64,000 bases of DNA from Cladosporium halotolerans (Eukaryota), in assembly GCF_011745625.1 (NCBI RefSeq), contig NW_027191477.1, positions 248,001 through 312,000 on the forward strand, written 5' to 3'. Numbering within the stretch: the first letter of the stretch is position 1; every line of letters begins with the position of its first letter. This document shows positions 48,334 through 59,524 of this stretch, in pieces. Position numbers and translations under genes: made by a program. Under the pieces are notes generated by a model, which made no database searches, was not told the origin of the DNA, and saw only the letters and a program-made list of their open reading frames with translations.

Positions 48334-49433
48334 GATGGCAGTGTTGGATGGATGGTAAGAGATGAACCTAGTAATAGCTCCCGAACGACTTCGACCTCCA
48401 AGAAATTGAGATGACTTCTATTATGACCAAAATGAATACCGTCTACGTTGCCAAAAAGCCACTGATTGATTCGGACTCGCGTCCACCATCGCGCCCGCCG
48501 TCCCAATGCAGTGATGCTAGCAACGCTAAGTCGTTCGCCCTGACGTCACCACTCGTTCTATTTCAACGACAGCTGATACCTACTGCGAGTGTTCTAAACG
48601 TACGGGTGCCGTCATGGGGTCAAGAATTCATGTTTCGGAGTTCAGGAATGCAAGAGCTCAGAAGTGAGGACACCCAAAAATGCTGTGTAACCTTCCTCAA
48701 AATCTGGCGGCTGATCACCGCAGATCGACGGGTACCTTACATTGACCAAAGTTCACAGCGGCACGACACCAAAAGCAAAGAGCGAGCGCGCGAGTCAACC
48801 CAATCCAAACTCAATCAATGGAGAAATGATAAGATGAAAGATGTGCACATTTCGATTCCCCGGGTATTATTACTGCCTGCCCACCTTCCCATTTTCCCGA
48901 GCTTCCCCAAAAAAAAGGACTAAATATACCAGAACAAGAATCGCAAGAAAGCACCTCCAGCTCAAAACAGTTCGTATCGTGGCAAGAAAAAACAAGAACC
49001 AGCCTCGCATAATAGTCAAAAACAAGAACGTTCCGCAAGCAGAAGCAATAGCCCAAAAATAATCGGGCAGTGTTCAAGACGTTACAGTACGAGACCCAAA
49101 AGCAAAAAACCAATTTCAAGCGCGAAAGCTCGTTGGCGCTTGTTCTTGCGCCAAAAAAGCTCGTCAGGCTGAGAGTAGCCGCGTGTTCCGCGTTCTTTTC
49201 GTGTCAAACAAAATTCGTTCAATGCGTAGCAGCATTCTGCTCTGAGATACCCCAGCGTCGGAGACAGCGGGAGTTGTTGTTGTCAGGGTCGTTGAGGGGT
49301 GGTGGGTATCAATTCTCGCCTCTCTCTTCTCGCGTAGTTCCTCTCGTCGTCGTCTCCCATAGGATAATCGTGGCCCAAAGAAAGTTCTTGATCTCGTGCG
49401 TCACGTGAAATTCGTTGCCGTGTCGTTCCTCAC

Positions 49434-51890
49434 TCACCACCGGCTCGTGTAGCTCCTCGCGAGCGCCGGTCTCGCGGGGGGAGGCATGGCGCGGCTGGCC
49501 TCGGACTTGCGCACGGGGCTGCCGGTAGACCTGTCGCTGGCGACGGGCATGGCGGGCATTCCGCCTCCGATCTTACCGAAGTCCTGGAACAGGTCGATGC
49601 CCTCCTCGGAGCCGTCGGACGGCAGCAGAGTCTCGAGGCCGAAGAGGGTGGCGGCGTCTTTCGTGTCGGCGTGAGTCTTGTTCGCATCGGTCTCGTTTGG
49701 GGCGGTGGTGTGGGGGCGGCTGATGGGCTCGTTATTGTCTACGCTGGGCCCGGCTTCGTCTGCGAAGGCGGACCAGAAGCGATTTTCTTCTGGCGTGCCA
49801 CCGTTGGAAGCTGTGTGTGACTGGCGGAGAGGTGAGCCGAGCATGTTGATCTTCCGCTTTGCGGGAGACGGGCCGAAGTTCGGTTTGTTGAGGAAGGGCG
49901 AGATGGTGTTGCTTGCCGATGCTGTGAGGCTGATGTTGTTGCTCTTGGCGCTGCCGGTGATGTCGGCGAGGACGCCGGAGCTGGTCGCAGCGCGCGCGAA
50001 TGAAGGGCGGTGTGCGGATCGTTTCTCAGGGGAGCCGCGGCTGGTGGCATCCTCCTCGGGTCCGTCAATGAATACATCGAAGAGCTGGGAAGTGGTGTTG
50101 ATGTAGCTGTCATCAGCAGTCGGGGTGTTGCCGAAGATGGGCTTCCAGGGCGTGCGCGCAGCCTTGAAAGGTGACACGAAGGGCGTGAAACCGGTAGAGC
50201 CGTCGTCTACGGTGAGGTTGAATGCAGGGCTCCAGTTGCTCGCCTCAGCCTGCGGAGAGAACGTCTTTGCAGGTGAGCCAAGGAGGGCGCGAATCTTGTT
50301 GCGGTGGTTGCGAAGGTTGGTGTTTGGAGACACGGACATCGGCGCCTTGACCGGACGCTTGAAGGCCACCGCAGGGGTGAGTGGATCCGCTTCAGGTCGG
50401 ATGGGCGATGAAGACAGGCGTGAGATGGTAGGCCTGACCTCGCGACGATCTTTCGTTGGGCTGTCAAAGGATGAGCTTCTGATGCGAGCAATCTCTGCTT
50501 CAGCGCGACCTTTGCGGATACGGGATCGGGAAACATCGGCCTCGGAGGTAGGCTGATGTTGTCCACCGCGGGCCACGGAAGACTCGATGGATGACCAGTA
50601 GCCGCTGTCGTTCATGCCAGAAGATTTCTGCCTACGGTTCGCAGAGCGAGTGCTAGGGTTGAAGCGAGGTGCAGGAGGCGGCGTTCCTCTGCGGCTTGAC
50701 TGTGAAGCCATGGGCGGCGGCGAGGAACCGAACTCCTGTGGAGGTGGCGAAGATCGCATGGGCGCAGGTGGCGGAGGCATAGCAGAGAGCTCGTGGTCGT
50801 CCTCAGCGAGAGCAGGATCGGACGCCGGGATGGTGCCATCGGATGACAGGATCTCAGACTCGTCGGGGAACTTCGCGGAGTCAATGGCTTTGCTTTCACT
50901 CTTCTTGACAGGGTTCGGAGCGAGCGTGAAGTGTCCAATGGCTGGCGCGGTTGAAGGCCTGTACACGGAGGAAGAGGAAAACTCTTGCGGCAATGCTTGC
51001 ATGTACTGAGAGCAGTCCGGGTTGGTAATGCGGCGAATGGGGTTCTTCTTGTCTTGAAGGAACGGACGCTCTTGTCCGGGCTTGATCGCCCAATAGTTGC
51101 CTTTGCCGGGGTCGTCCTTGGGTCGCTCGATCTTGATGAAGTTCTTGTTCAAGCTGAGATTGTGACGGATGCTGTTCTGCCAGCCGCTCTCGGCCAATCG
51201 GTAGAAGACGAAGTTGTCGGAGATCCACTTGTAAATTTGCGCAAGCGTCAGGCGGCGGTTGGGCGCTCTGAGAATGGCCATGCCGATGAGTGTCGCATAG
51301 CTGTAGGAGGGCTTCGCTCCGTCGTCGGTCACCGCGGGCATTTCCTTGGGATCCGGCAAGTCGAAAGGCTCCTCTTCTTCGTATTTCTGCTTCTGTTTCT
51401 TCGAGCTCGGGCGCTCGCTTGAAGGCGCCATCTCCGAGTTTGTCCTCTTCATAGGCGCCTTGTAGCCAAAGTCGGGTTCGGCGTACGGCATGGCGGTCAG
51501 GTCGCCGAATGAGCCTCCTTGGAAAGCGTTCTCCTTGCCGACAGGTTGCGCGTTGGGAAAGTGCTGGTAGAGAGCCTTTTGGGGCATCGGCGCATTCTGG
51601 TGGTAGGTGTGGTAGAAGCTGCCGTTTTTCTGCGGCGAGTCGGTGAAGACGGGCTGCTTTGGGGGAGAGATCTTCACGTTCGCGAGCCCGTTCGATTGCA
51701 TGGGCCTGAGCGGGGAGCTGTCGGACTTGGTGGGCGATGCGCCGTCCGAGGCGGCGGTGGTGGGGTTGAGGTTGATGTTGGCCTTGCTGGACGCGTCGCC
51801 GAGCGGGCGGAGGGCATTCAGCAATGCGGCCTCGACATCGTGCTCGGGCAGGGCGGGCAGAGACGCGTCGGTATCGTGGAAGACATCCAT
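49434..51890 (-). CDS. Forkhead transcription factor, Sep1/Hcm1-type
   Basis: [52 protein letters not shown] forkhead domain; many S/TP sites; first in-frame ATG at 51890, in-frame TTG at 51914. Confidence 0.92.
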   Translation of the reverse strand: MDVFHDTDASLPALPEHDVEAALLNALRPLGDASSKANINLNPTTAASDGASPTKSDSSPLRPMQSNGLANVKISPPKQPVFTDSPQKNGSFYHTYHQNAPMPQKALYQHFPNAQPVGKENAFQGGSFGDLTAMPYAEPDFGYKAPMKRTNSEMAPSSERPSSKKQKQKYEEEEPFDLPDPKEMPAVTDDGAKPSYSYATLIGMAILRAPNRRLTLAQIYKWISDNFVFYRLAESGWQNSIRHNLSLNKNFIKIERPKDDPGKGNYWAIKPGQERPFLQDKKNPIRRITNPDCSQYMQALPQEFSSSSVYRPSTAPAIGHFTLAPNPVKKSESKAIDSAKFPDESEILSSDGTIPASDPALAEDDHELSAMPPPPAPMRSSPPPQEFGSSPPPMASQSSRRGTPPPAPRFNPSTRSANRRQKSSGMNDSGYWSSIESSVARGGQHQPTSEADVSRSRIRKGRAEAEIARIRSSSFDSPTKDRREVRPTISRLSSSPIRPEADPLTPAVAFKRPVKAPMSVSPNTNLRNHRNKIRALLGSPAKTFSPQAEASNWSPAFNLTVDDGSTGFTPFVSPFKAARTPWKPIFGNTPTADDSYINTTSQLFDVFIDGPEEDATSRGSPEKRSAHRPSFARAATSSGVLADITGSAKSNNISLTASASNTISPFLNKPNFGPSPAKRKINMLGSPLRQSHTASNGGTPEENRFWSAFADEAGPSVDNNEPISRPHTTAPNETDANKTHADTKDAATLFGLETLLPSDGSEEGIDLFQDFGKIGGGMPAMPVASDRSTGSPVRKSEASRAMPPPARPALARSYTSRW

Positions 51891-54414
51891 CGAGTTGGGG
51901 CGACGCGTCGACAAAAGTCGATGTTCGGATGGGAAGCCCTCAGGCTGGTCGGGCGGCGGATTGCGGGCCTACTTGACGCGTCGGGATGGGATGTCGGGCT
52001 GTGCAAGCGGCTCGGGCGGGCTTGGAGTGGGTTGGCGGCGGGTGGGAGTGTCGTGTTGAGCGGGGCGTTTCGAGCAAGTCGATGGCGAGGAGTCGAGGCG
52101 GCGAGGTGGGAAGGCAGGCTGCGCAGATGGCATTAGAAGGACGATTCTGGTGCAGGACGGCCGTTGGGCGGCAAGGGCCTAGTTCCAACGACGTGAGCAC
52201 GCCCTTGCAGACGGGCCTGGCAGTCGGTGGGCGTGCGCAGGCGCACGGGCGTGCGGGTAATAGAAGTTGGAATTCGCCAGGCAGAGCGGGCGCGTGCTGG
52301 CGGGCGGTACTGACCTGTGGCGCGGCGATCGATCTCAGTCGCCAATTTCACCCTCAATTGCGCGCGAGACAGGACGGGCAACGGCGCGAGACTGAGGAGA
52401 GCGGTCTCAGGCTCGAGGGGAGGTGAGGCGAGGAGGTCGTTGACAGTAGTGGACAGTCGATGTTTGGGGAAGACGTGTCGTGGACGCGGCAAGCTGACGC
52501 TGGAGCTGCGGGTGAGAAGAGCTGACAGAGCGTACCTGGGTAGGCGTGCTGGGCGGGCAGGCGACTGGACGACTGGCTGACTGGCTGCTGATTATTCCCA
52601 GTTGCTGAAGAGGTACCCAAGGTCCCGCACCGGCTCACAGCAGGGCAAGCAGGGCAGACAAGGCACGCAGGCAGCCAGGCAGCCAGGCAGCGCGGTCCTT
52701 GGTCAGACTCGACCGGCGGCTCAGGCAGCTCAGCAGCTCATGCGGGGCACAGCGCGTCCGACGCAAGGCACGAACGAGCGTCGCCGGCCAATCGACGACG
52801 CCTCCTTGCGCCGCCGCCTACCGCCACACCCACCAAAGCAGTGCTAGGCCGAGTGGGACGAGCACTACCCGTGCTAGCATCGGACGTCGACGGCCTGCCC
52901 GCCAGAATGCCCACCGAGCCCACCGAGCCCACCCCCAGAAAAGGCCTGCAATGACCCGATGCGGGCGGCCTGCGAGCTTGTCTCGAAGCCTGTTTCGTGC
53001 GATCGGTGATCGCAGCATCGCACCTTATCCACACGCGTCAACACCTCTCCGCCATGTCTGCGCGCAACTGCCGGACACAATGATCAATGGCCACGAAGGC
53101 GTCCTCCACTACCGGCGCAGCCATCGTCTAGATTGCCAGGCACACGAGACGGGCGTGCGCGCGAGCCCTCGAGCGCCCTCAGCCAGCCAGGCACACACCT
53201 ATGCACAGTAGTACAACCATACGCGCCCGCGGCAGGGGTATCGTTGGAGGCGGACATCATCAACGGGCAGATCAGCTCGCATCCCGCTGGGCGCTAGCCG
53301 CGACTCTGAAACTCTACAGTACGTCAGCGGACGCCCCGGGCGCGCGTGAGCACGTGAGCCGGCGAGACTCGCGCGCTCCGGCGGGGGGGAGAGGGAGATT
53401 GGCTGGCTCTGCTGGAAATGCCCCCAGCGGGCCTATCGATGAAATTCCACGGTAAATTAGACAGGGCCAGGAACCGCGCGCGCTGCGGTGCGGATCGCGC
53501 TCTCGTGCGGGCGTCGAGGACGGAGTAGACACCGTTCGACCGATCACGCGGTCTCTTGGTGCGCGCGCGAGGCGAGAGGCGAGAAGACGAGACGTTGTGC
53601 CCTCCTGCATGCTCTTTCATTACCCCGGTCAGTCGAGCCAATGCAGTGCAGTAGTCCAGGGCGAAGCGACCTCCTGTTTGTCCGTCTGTCTGTATGTACG
53701 CTCTACCGACCGTCTCATCACTCCCAATCGCACCCCACCAGCACTCTCCTCGCAGCCTGCACTTCCCCTCCACCCAGTAGGCAGCCCTTATCTCACCACG
53801 ACCCATCCCATCCCATCCTACCTGCCAGCACCTCGAGTCAAGAGCCCACGCACCGTGACTCGCCCTTCCCTTCCAGAAGGAAAAGAAGAAAAAGCCCACC
53901 CACCGCACCCTCCACCCTGCTGTCTGAGCCACCCAGCGCCCCAGCGCCCGCGCGCCACGTCAGAGGCGCGCAAAACCTCACCTCACCACTCTTCGCGCGA
54001 GAAGGTTTGATTGATGTCGGGCTGCGAGGCTGGGGTGTTGCTTGTAGGCAACGTTAGTAGTACGAGGTGTGGTTGTTGGATCGGAGGAGATTATTCTGCG
54101 CAGAGACTTTTCGGGTCGTCGGCGTCTGTGAGGTTCGCGTGCGCGGTCTGGATCGTTGCGTGGGAGAGGTAGGTACAGGTAGGTAGGGATTATCGATGTG
54201 GTAGGCGCTTGTGACGGCGAGAATATGTAGACGTCCCCTGATGATCATGATTTGCCGACCGAGAATAAATCGCGACGTGAGAGCCGCCGAGGTCTATTTG
54301 TGATCTGACAATCCATCTCCATGATTCACGCGGCGTTCCAAAGCATGTAGTGATCGTTGATGTCCAGTCGCTACTTTACGCCCAACCCCAATGGCCTACA
54401 GTCAAGGATCCTCC

Positions 54415-54583
54415 CATTGGCTCGGCTACAGCCGGAGCTAGCTGCGGGCCTCCTGGCATCCCAAACCCTCGAAAATCGATGCTTTGGAAGATCGATCCTC
54501 TGGAATTCAGCATCTGTGAAATGGCACCCCGCGCTATCGAGCCGCTCATTGGCCCGCCTACTCCCGGCGCTAGCTGCGGGCCT
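54415..54583. repeat. Imperfect ~37-bp direct repeat, 132 bp apart, each copy beginning with ATTGG (CCAAT on minus)
   Basis: cattggctcggctacagccggagctagctgcgggcct vs cattggcccgcctactcccggcgctagctgcgggcct. Confidence 0.8.
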
Positions 54584-55612
54584 TTTTGCGGACTCGAGAT
54601 TTGTTTTATGTTCACTTGAACATCTTGCTTTCGCGGTATAATGAACTCATTGACAGTTGGGATTACAGTTAATACGAACGTAAACGCAAGAGCCGGTTTG
54701 ATCGGGAATTAGGGGAACTAGTTGGTTGTCGATTTTGTAGACTCGAGTTTGCAGTCATTCCAGTTTTTGATTGGTTTCGAGACTTGATACTTCTGGCCAG
54801 TGTCTAATGGTGAGGCAAACAATACGGCGGTGCGGTTGTCATTCGGTGGCGCCAACCGCAGCGAAGGTACTGATCGATGTTTATCTACAGGCAGGCCTCA
54901 AGTCCTTGCGGCAACACTGCATCTCTCTCCCAAGATCGAGAACCACCGCCTAGGGAAATGTTCGTTTGAATGTCGCAATCGTCCATCGCGCTCTTGGACG
55001 CAAGAACCATCAATCAACGGTCGCAAGGCACAGAAAAGAAACAATCGTAGAGGAGTGGATAAAGAAATGGGTCTTCTCGTCCCCACACCTTCTTCAATTC
55101 CAGAACCTATCTCACTATGGCGCAGCCATCCTCGTCGTCATCTCCACGACGCGATCAAATCCAATCCTTCCTTAATCCACTGCGACCTTCCAGTGCACGC
55201 ACGGCGACGTACCAATCCGATCGCCCTGTTCCAATATCCCAAACCCCGCAAGGAAACCAGGAGAAACCCGCTTCCTTGCCCTTTCCCTTTCCCGCCCCTT
55301 CTCCCTTGACCAACACAAGGGAAACAGACTCGCAATATTCACAGAGAAAGAAACACGCCAGCTTACTGTTCGCATGGGCGACCCACCTAGGGGCTTCAAC
55401 AAAGAAAAAGATCGAAAAAAAAACGAAATCGCTGAAGAACGCAGAACGGGAAAGCAACACAAAAGCAAAGCAGACCCCCAGCGTCAGACCGTCGTCTTCC
55501 GACGTCGACGAGGGGGGGGGGGGAAACGAAAAAGAAGATCCTTCAACAGAGATCGTGCTTTTCCGCCGCGAAAGCCCATCCGCTCACCGACAGGAGCCAA
55601 AAAGGCACCGCA

Positions 55613-58600
55613 TCACGGCCTCGCAGCAAAATATCCTCCCTTACCCGCGCCGGCCGTGGCCTGCCTCGGCGTCTCCGGCTCCTCGCCTTCGTCGTCGTCG
55701 TCGTCGTCGTAATCAAAACTCGAATCCAACGCACTCGCGTGCTCAAACGCGCCCAACCTCTTCAGATCGCCCGCGAGCTCGTCGTCCAGATCCGGGCTGG
55801 TGTCCAGGATAAACTGCTTGAACGAGCTCTGCGGCTGTCTGCCCAGCGGCCTCGCTCCCACGCCAGCGCCCTTCTCCTTCTCGCCCAGCGGCGAGTCGGC
55901 GATCGTGCGCTGGCTCTGCGCCTCCGACGACGCCGTGGGGCTGAGGGGCTCGAGGCGCGACGCCTCGTCGAAGTAGAGCTCGCGCTCGGCGCGCGGGGTG
56001 GTGTCGTACTTGACCTGGGCGAGGACCTTGCCGAGGGAGCCGACGGAGCCGGGCCGCTCGAAAGCCTCGTCCGGGACGGCGGAGGCGACGGGGACGCCGT
56101 GCAGCAGGCACCAGTTGCGGTCGAGGTACTGGGCGAGGCGGTAGCACTGGCGGTCCCACTGCTCGGTGAGCAGGCGGTGGGTGGTCTGGATGTCCTGGAC
56201 GGTGAAGGAGGAGGGCGCGGCGGCTATGGGGCCCGTGTGGGAGGCTTGGCGGGAGCGGGGTGGGGGAAGGTTAGAGGGGAGGTCGGGGCGGTGCAGTTTG
56301 GCGTTGCTTTGGGTGCGGGGGAGGGCGGGGAAGGAGGGCGAGTAGACGGATGATGCGCGTTGGGCGGTGCGGCGGACGCTGGCGAGGCCGCGTTTCATGG
56401 CGAAGGAGGAGCTGGCGAGAGGGGAAGCCTTGACGGGGGCGGGGGTGACGGGAGAGTCGTACTCTGACATTGCTTTCATCGTCACTTCGGCGGAGCGGAA
56501 AGCTGCAGCGCGCCCGTCGTCCATGGTCGGTAGCTGGATGATGTTGGTGTTGTCTACCAGGGAGTTGACGAGGTCGGTGAGGCCCTGAAGTGGGATCTCG
56601 TTGTTGCTGCAGTACACCTCGGTGAGGGTGTCGTTCTCCTTCAGCACTTCCGCGAGTGTACTTGCGCCTTGCAGACCAAGCTTCTGGTGCTCGATGTGCA
56701 ATATCCGCAGAGCATGGTTGTGCTTCAATCCTTCCAGAGCGTCATTGATACCAGAACCGAATCGAGACGTTGCAAGACGAGACTCCTCGCCCGACAAATT
56801 GAGCTCGACGATCGTATCGTTCTCAGCGAAAAGCTTCTTGAACGCTCGGCAAGTATCGTCTCCGGCAGCACCAGGCAACGCTGTTTGCGACATATCCAAG
56901 TATTGAATCGTCTTGTTCATCGTCAGAGCATTGAGGATCTTGCGGAAGGTTGACTCTTCTCGGTACTCGATAGATCGCATGCTAAGATGTGACGGTGCCA
57001 TACCGCTGGATATCGCGCGCGTGACGTACTCAAGGTCCTTTGTGATGTAGTTTTGGCTGATGTCCAGATGCAAGTGTCGGTGGTCGCCTTCCCCGTGCAT
57101 CATGCTGTACAGCAAAGTCGCGAGGTCCTTGCCGGCCAGGTAGCTGTTATCCAAGTACAGCTCATGCAAGCACTTCGACTGCGGGTGCGCAAGATACGTC
57201 GCAAGGGCGTCAATCGTCGCCGGGTTCAGCGCTGTACCGCTCAGTCGCAATTCGGAGAGACGCCATGCCAACAGGGTTTCAGGTTGCAACAATGGTTCGG
57301 ATCCCGATGTTCGCGAGACGTACGAGAGGTTGAGCTTGCGGATGAATCCGAAGACGCCAAGTTGATTATCGAAAGATGCTGGGTTGAGCCGTGCAGTATT
57401 GCCGGCAATTTCAAGCGCTTCTAGCGTGTTGTCCTGCGCGCGCAAAGCGTCCAGGATGAGTCCCAAGCTCCGATCAGTCAGACCACAGCGATTCAATTCG
57501 ATCGCGCGAAAATGACAAGCCTTTTCCACCGCAGCTCCAACCAGATAATCAAGATCCGTCTCGCTGAGGTAGATTCCGTTGAGGCAGATCCAGTCGACGT
57601 TGGTGTTCTGGTGACGGCAAAGAGGGAACAATGCTTCGACAATCCCACATCCAATGTCCTTCGCTCTGGCCAGCTCGATCTCCCGCTCGGTCTTGGGCTG
57701 AGGAGGCTTCGTTGTGATGCATCCAGAGAAATCCATTCGTCGAAGCTTCTTGCTGGTTGCTGCCATGGCTCGAACCTCTTGCACCAGCAGTGATGATCGC
57801 TCCAGGTCTTCCCAAGAGACCTTAATGGACGTTCCAGCCTTCGTCTTAGAGCAGACATATTCACATCCGTAGTTGTCGTGCAGTCCATTAAGTCCATCAA
57901 GTGGTACGTGAGCAAACGAGATACTGCCAAATGTCTCGTTGTACCGTAGTGTCCGCATAATCGCAAGCCACTCCAAAGGCGTGTAATGTGGCCGTCGCGT
58001 ATCGGCTGGAGGTAATAAGTCAAATCCAGGAGCATCCTCGCAATCGTAATTAATGAAGTATCGAACATTCGCAGGGTTCACATCATAAGCGACGCAGTAA
58101 GCTGTAAGTGTGCGATGTAAGCAACTGTGCTCCTCCTCGTCTGACGGTACGGGAGCTTCGAGCGCCTCTTCAACAGCTGATGGAACGCTGAACTTTAGCA
58201 GTCGAGAATGGTATTCCGGCCGTAGAAAGTTTTCGATATAATGCAATCGGGTAGCAATCTCGTGCGATGCTGATGATGCGAGATACAGACGTCTTGCGGC
58301 TTGCAAGGGTTGACGGAACGTCAGTTCAAACGTATCGTCAGAACTGCTCACCCTGACTCCAGTCAAGGTCAAGAGTCCAAACGAGGTTTGCGTCGCCATA
58401 CTGTTCACTGACGTACTCGATGCTCGTGCTAGTGCCTTCGAGTTCGGAATAATGTGCACCTTGTGTACTCCAATCGCAAGAAAGCAGACCGAGGAATTTT
58501 GCTTGGAGATATCATCTGAAGAGGATTGTTTGCCGGACTTCCCAGGGGACTGTCGCTGCACGACCTTGAAGATCGCACAATTCGAGGGGTCGTAGTCGTT

Positions 58601-59524
58601 GGCTCGCTCGATTAGCCGAGCGGTGCTTTCCAGATTGGAGGAAGATATATGCCGTTGGTCGTGCAAGCGGGCCTCCCGCACCGCATTGCGAATACTCCTC
58701 AGCCATACAGTACGCTCTTCGGGGTTTCCAAACTGTAAAATCATCGCAGAAGCATGGCTAGATTCTTCGTCGAAGTAGCAGACCTCGATCGCGAAATAGG
58801 GTTTACCGTCGTCCAGCCGGTGAACAGCCACCACCTGTCGGAGAGGTACGCGGCCATCCTTGTCGCCCGACGAATCTGACAGTGTCTGCAGGTCGCTCGC
58901 TGAGCCGAGGGAGGACATGTGCGCATGCTGCCTGGCAGTCGGACTTCGCCCTAAAGGGTTTTGTATGCTGCTGTGGAACTCGGACGCTTTTGCCTGGCTC
59001 TTGTACCTCGTCATGGAGTGTTCCGTCAACACCAAGTACTCCTTCTTCTTTCTGAACATTCCCGCGCTCGTCTGCACTTCTCCGTGCATGAGCACGCTTT
59101 TGGAAGGCGGCAGCGCATCCATGTTGGTCTCCACGCTGTGAACCGAGGGCGCTGAGGTCCTGGTGACAGTCGCACTCAAAGGTTCTCCCAAGTATTCCGC
59201 CGACAGATCAGTCCTACTCCGCGAGAGAGGCTTCAGCGAGCCAAAGACCGAGGGCGGGCGTTTCTTCGTGCTCAGTGAGGGCCGGCGGGACTTGGGCGAG
59301 CCATTTGCGGAGGCTTTGGTAGGGCTCTCGTGATTGCCGCGCGGCAGGTCGGGGTGGTCCAGAGCATTAGCGGTCGACAGCCTCTTCTTGTTTTTCTTGA
59401 GCGTGCGCGGAGTTTTGGGCGTCCCATCGTGGTCGGCGGACGACGTCAGCGTCGAGAGCGCAAACAAGCCACTCTTGCGGCGCCCCCACGACCCGTAGGC
59501 ACTATCGTTGCTGCTCCTCGACAT
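55613..59524 (-). CDS. PH-like + RNI-type leucine-rich-repeat protein (conserved fungal, CARMIL-like architecture)
   Basis: Intronless 1303 aa; GEVQTSAGMFRKKKEYLVLT..WLRSIR PH-like segment; repeats such as LEALEIAGN, LHELYLDNS, IQYLDMSQT, IVELNLSGE, LTEVYCSNNEI. Confidence 0.82.
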   Translation of the reverse strand: MSRSSNDSAYGSWGRRKSGLFALSTLTSSADHDGTPKTPRTLKKNKKRLSTANALDHPDLPRGNHESPTKASANGSPKSRRPSLSTKKRPPSVFGSLKPLSRSRTDLSAEYLGEPLSATVTRTSAPSVHSVETNMDALPPSKSVLMHGEVQTSAGMFRKKKEYLVLTEHSMTRYKSQAKASEFHSSIQNPLGRSPTARQHAHMSSLGSASDLQTLSDSSGDKDGRVPLRQVVAVHRLDDGKPYFAIEVCYFDEESSHASAMILQFGNPEERTVWLRSIRNAVREARLHDQRHISSSNLESTARLIERANDYDPSNCAIFKVVQRQSPGKSGKQSSSDDISKQNSSVCFLAIGVHKVHIIPNSKALARASSTSVNSMATQTSFGLLTLTGVRVSSSDDTFELTFRQPLQAARRLYLASSASHEIATRLHYIENFLRPEYHSRLLKFSVPSAVEEALEAPVPSDEEEHSCLHRTLTAYCVAYDVNPANVRYFINYDCEDAPGFDLLPPADTRRPHYTPLEWLAIMRTLRYNETFGSISFAHVPLDGLNGLHDNYGCEYVCSKTKAGTSIKVSWEDLERSSLLVQEVRAMAATSKKLRRMDFSGCITTKPPQPKTEREIELARAKDIGCGIVEALFPLCRHQNTNVDWICLNGIYLSETDLDYLVGAAVEKACHFRAIELNRCGLTDRSLGLILDALRAQDNTLEALEIAGNTARLNPASFDNQLGVFGFIRKLNLSYVSRTSGSEPLLQPETLLAWRLSELRLSGTALNPATIDALATYLAHPQSKCLHELYLDNSYLAGKDLATLLYSMMHGEGDHRHLHLDISQNYITKDLEYVTRAISSGMAPSHLSMRSIEYREESTFRKILNALTMNKTIQYLDMSQTALPGAAGDDTCRAFKKLFAENDTIVELNLSGEESRLATSRFGSGINDALEGLKHNHALRILHIEHQKLGLQGASTLAEVLKENDTLTEVYCSNNEIPLQGLTDLVNSLVDNTNIIQLPTMDDGRAAAFRSAEVTMKAMSEYDSPVTPAPVKASPLASSSFAMKRGLASVRRTAQRASSVYSPSFPALPRTQSNAKLHRPDLPSNLPPPRSRQASHTGPIAAAPSSFTVQDIQTTHRLLTEQWDRQCYRLAQYLDRNWCLLHGVPVASAVPDEAFERPGSVGSLGKVLAQVKYDTTPRAERELYFDEASRLEPLSPTASSEAQSQRTIADSPLGEKEKGAGVGARPLGRQPQSSFKQFILDTSPDLDDELAGDLKRLGAFEHASALDSSFDYDDDDDDEGEEPETPRQATAGAGKGGYFAARP

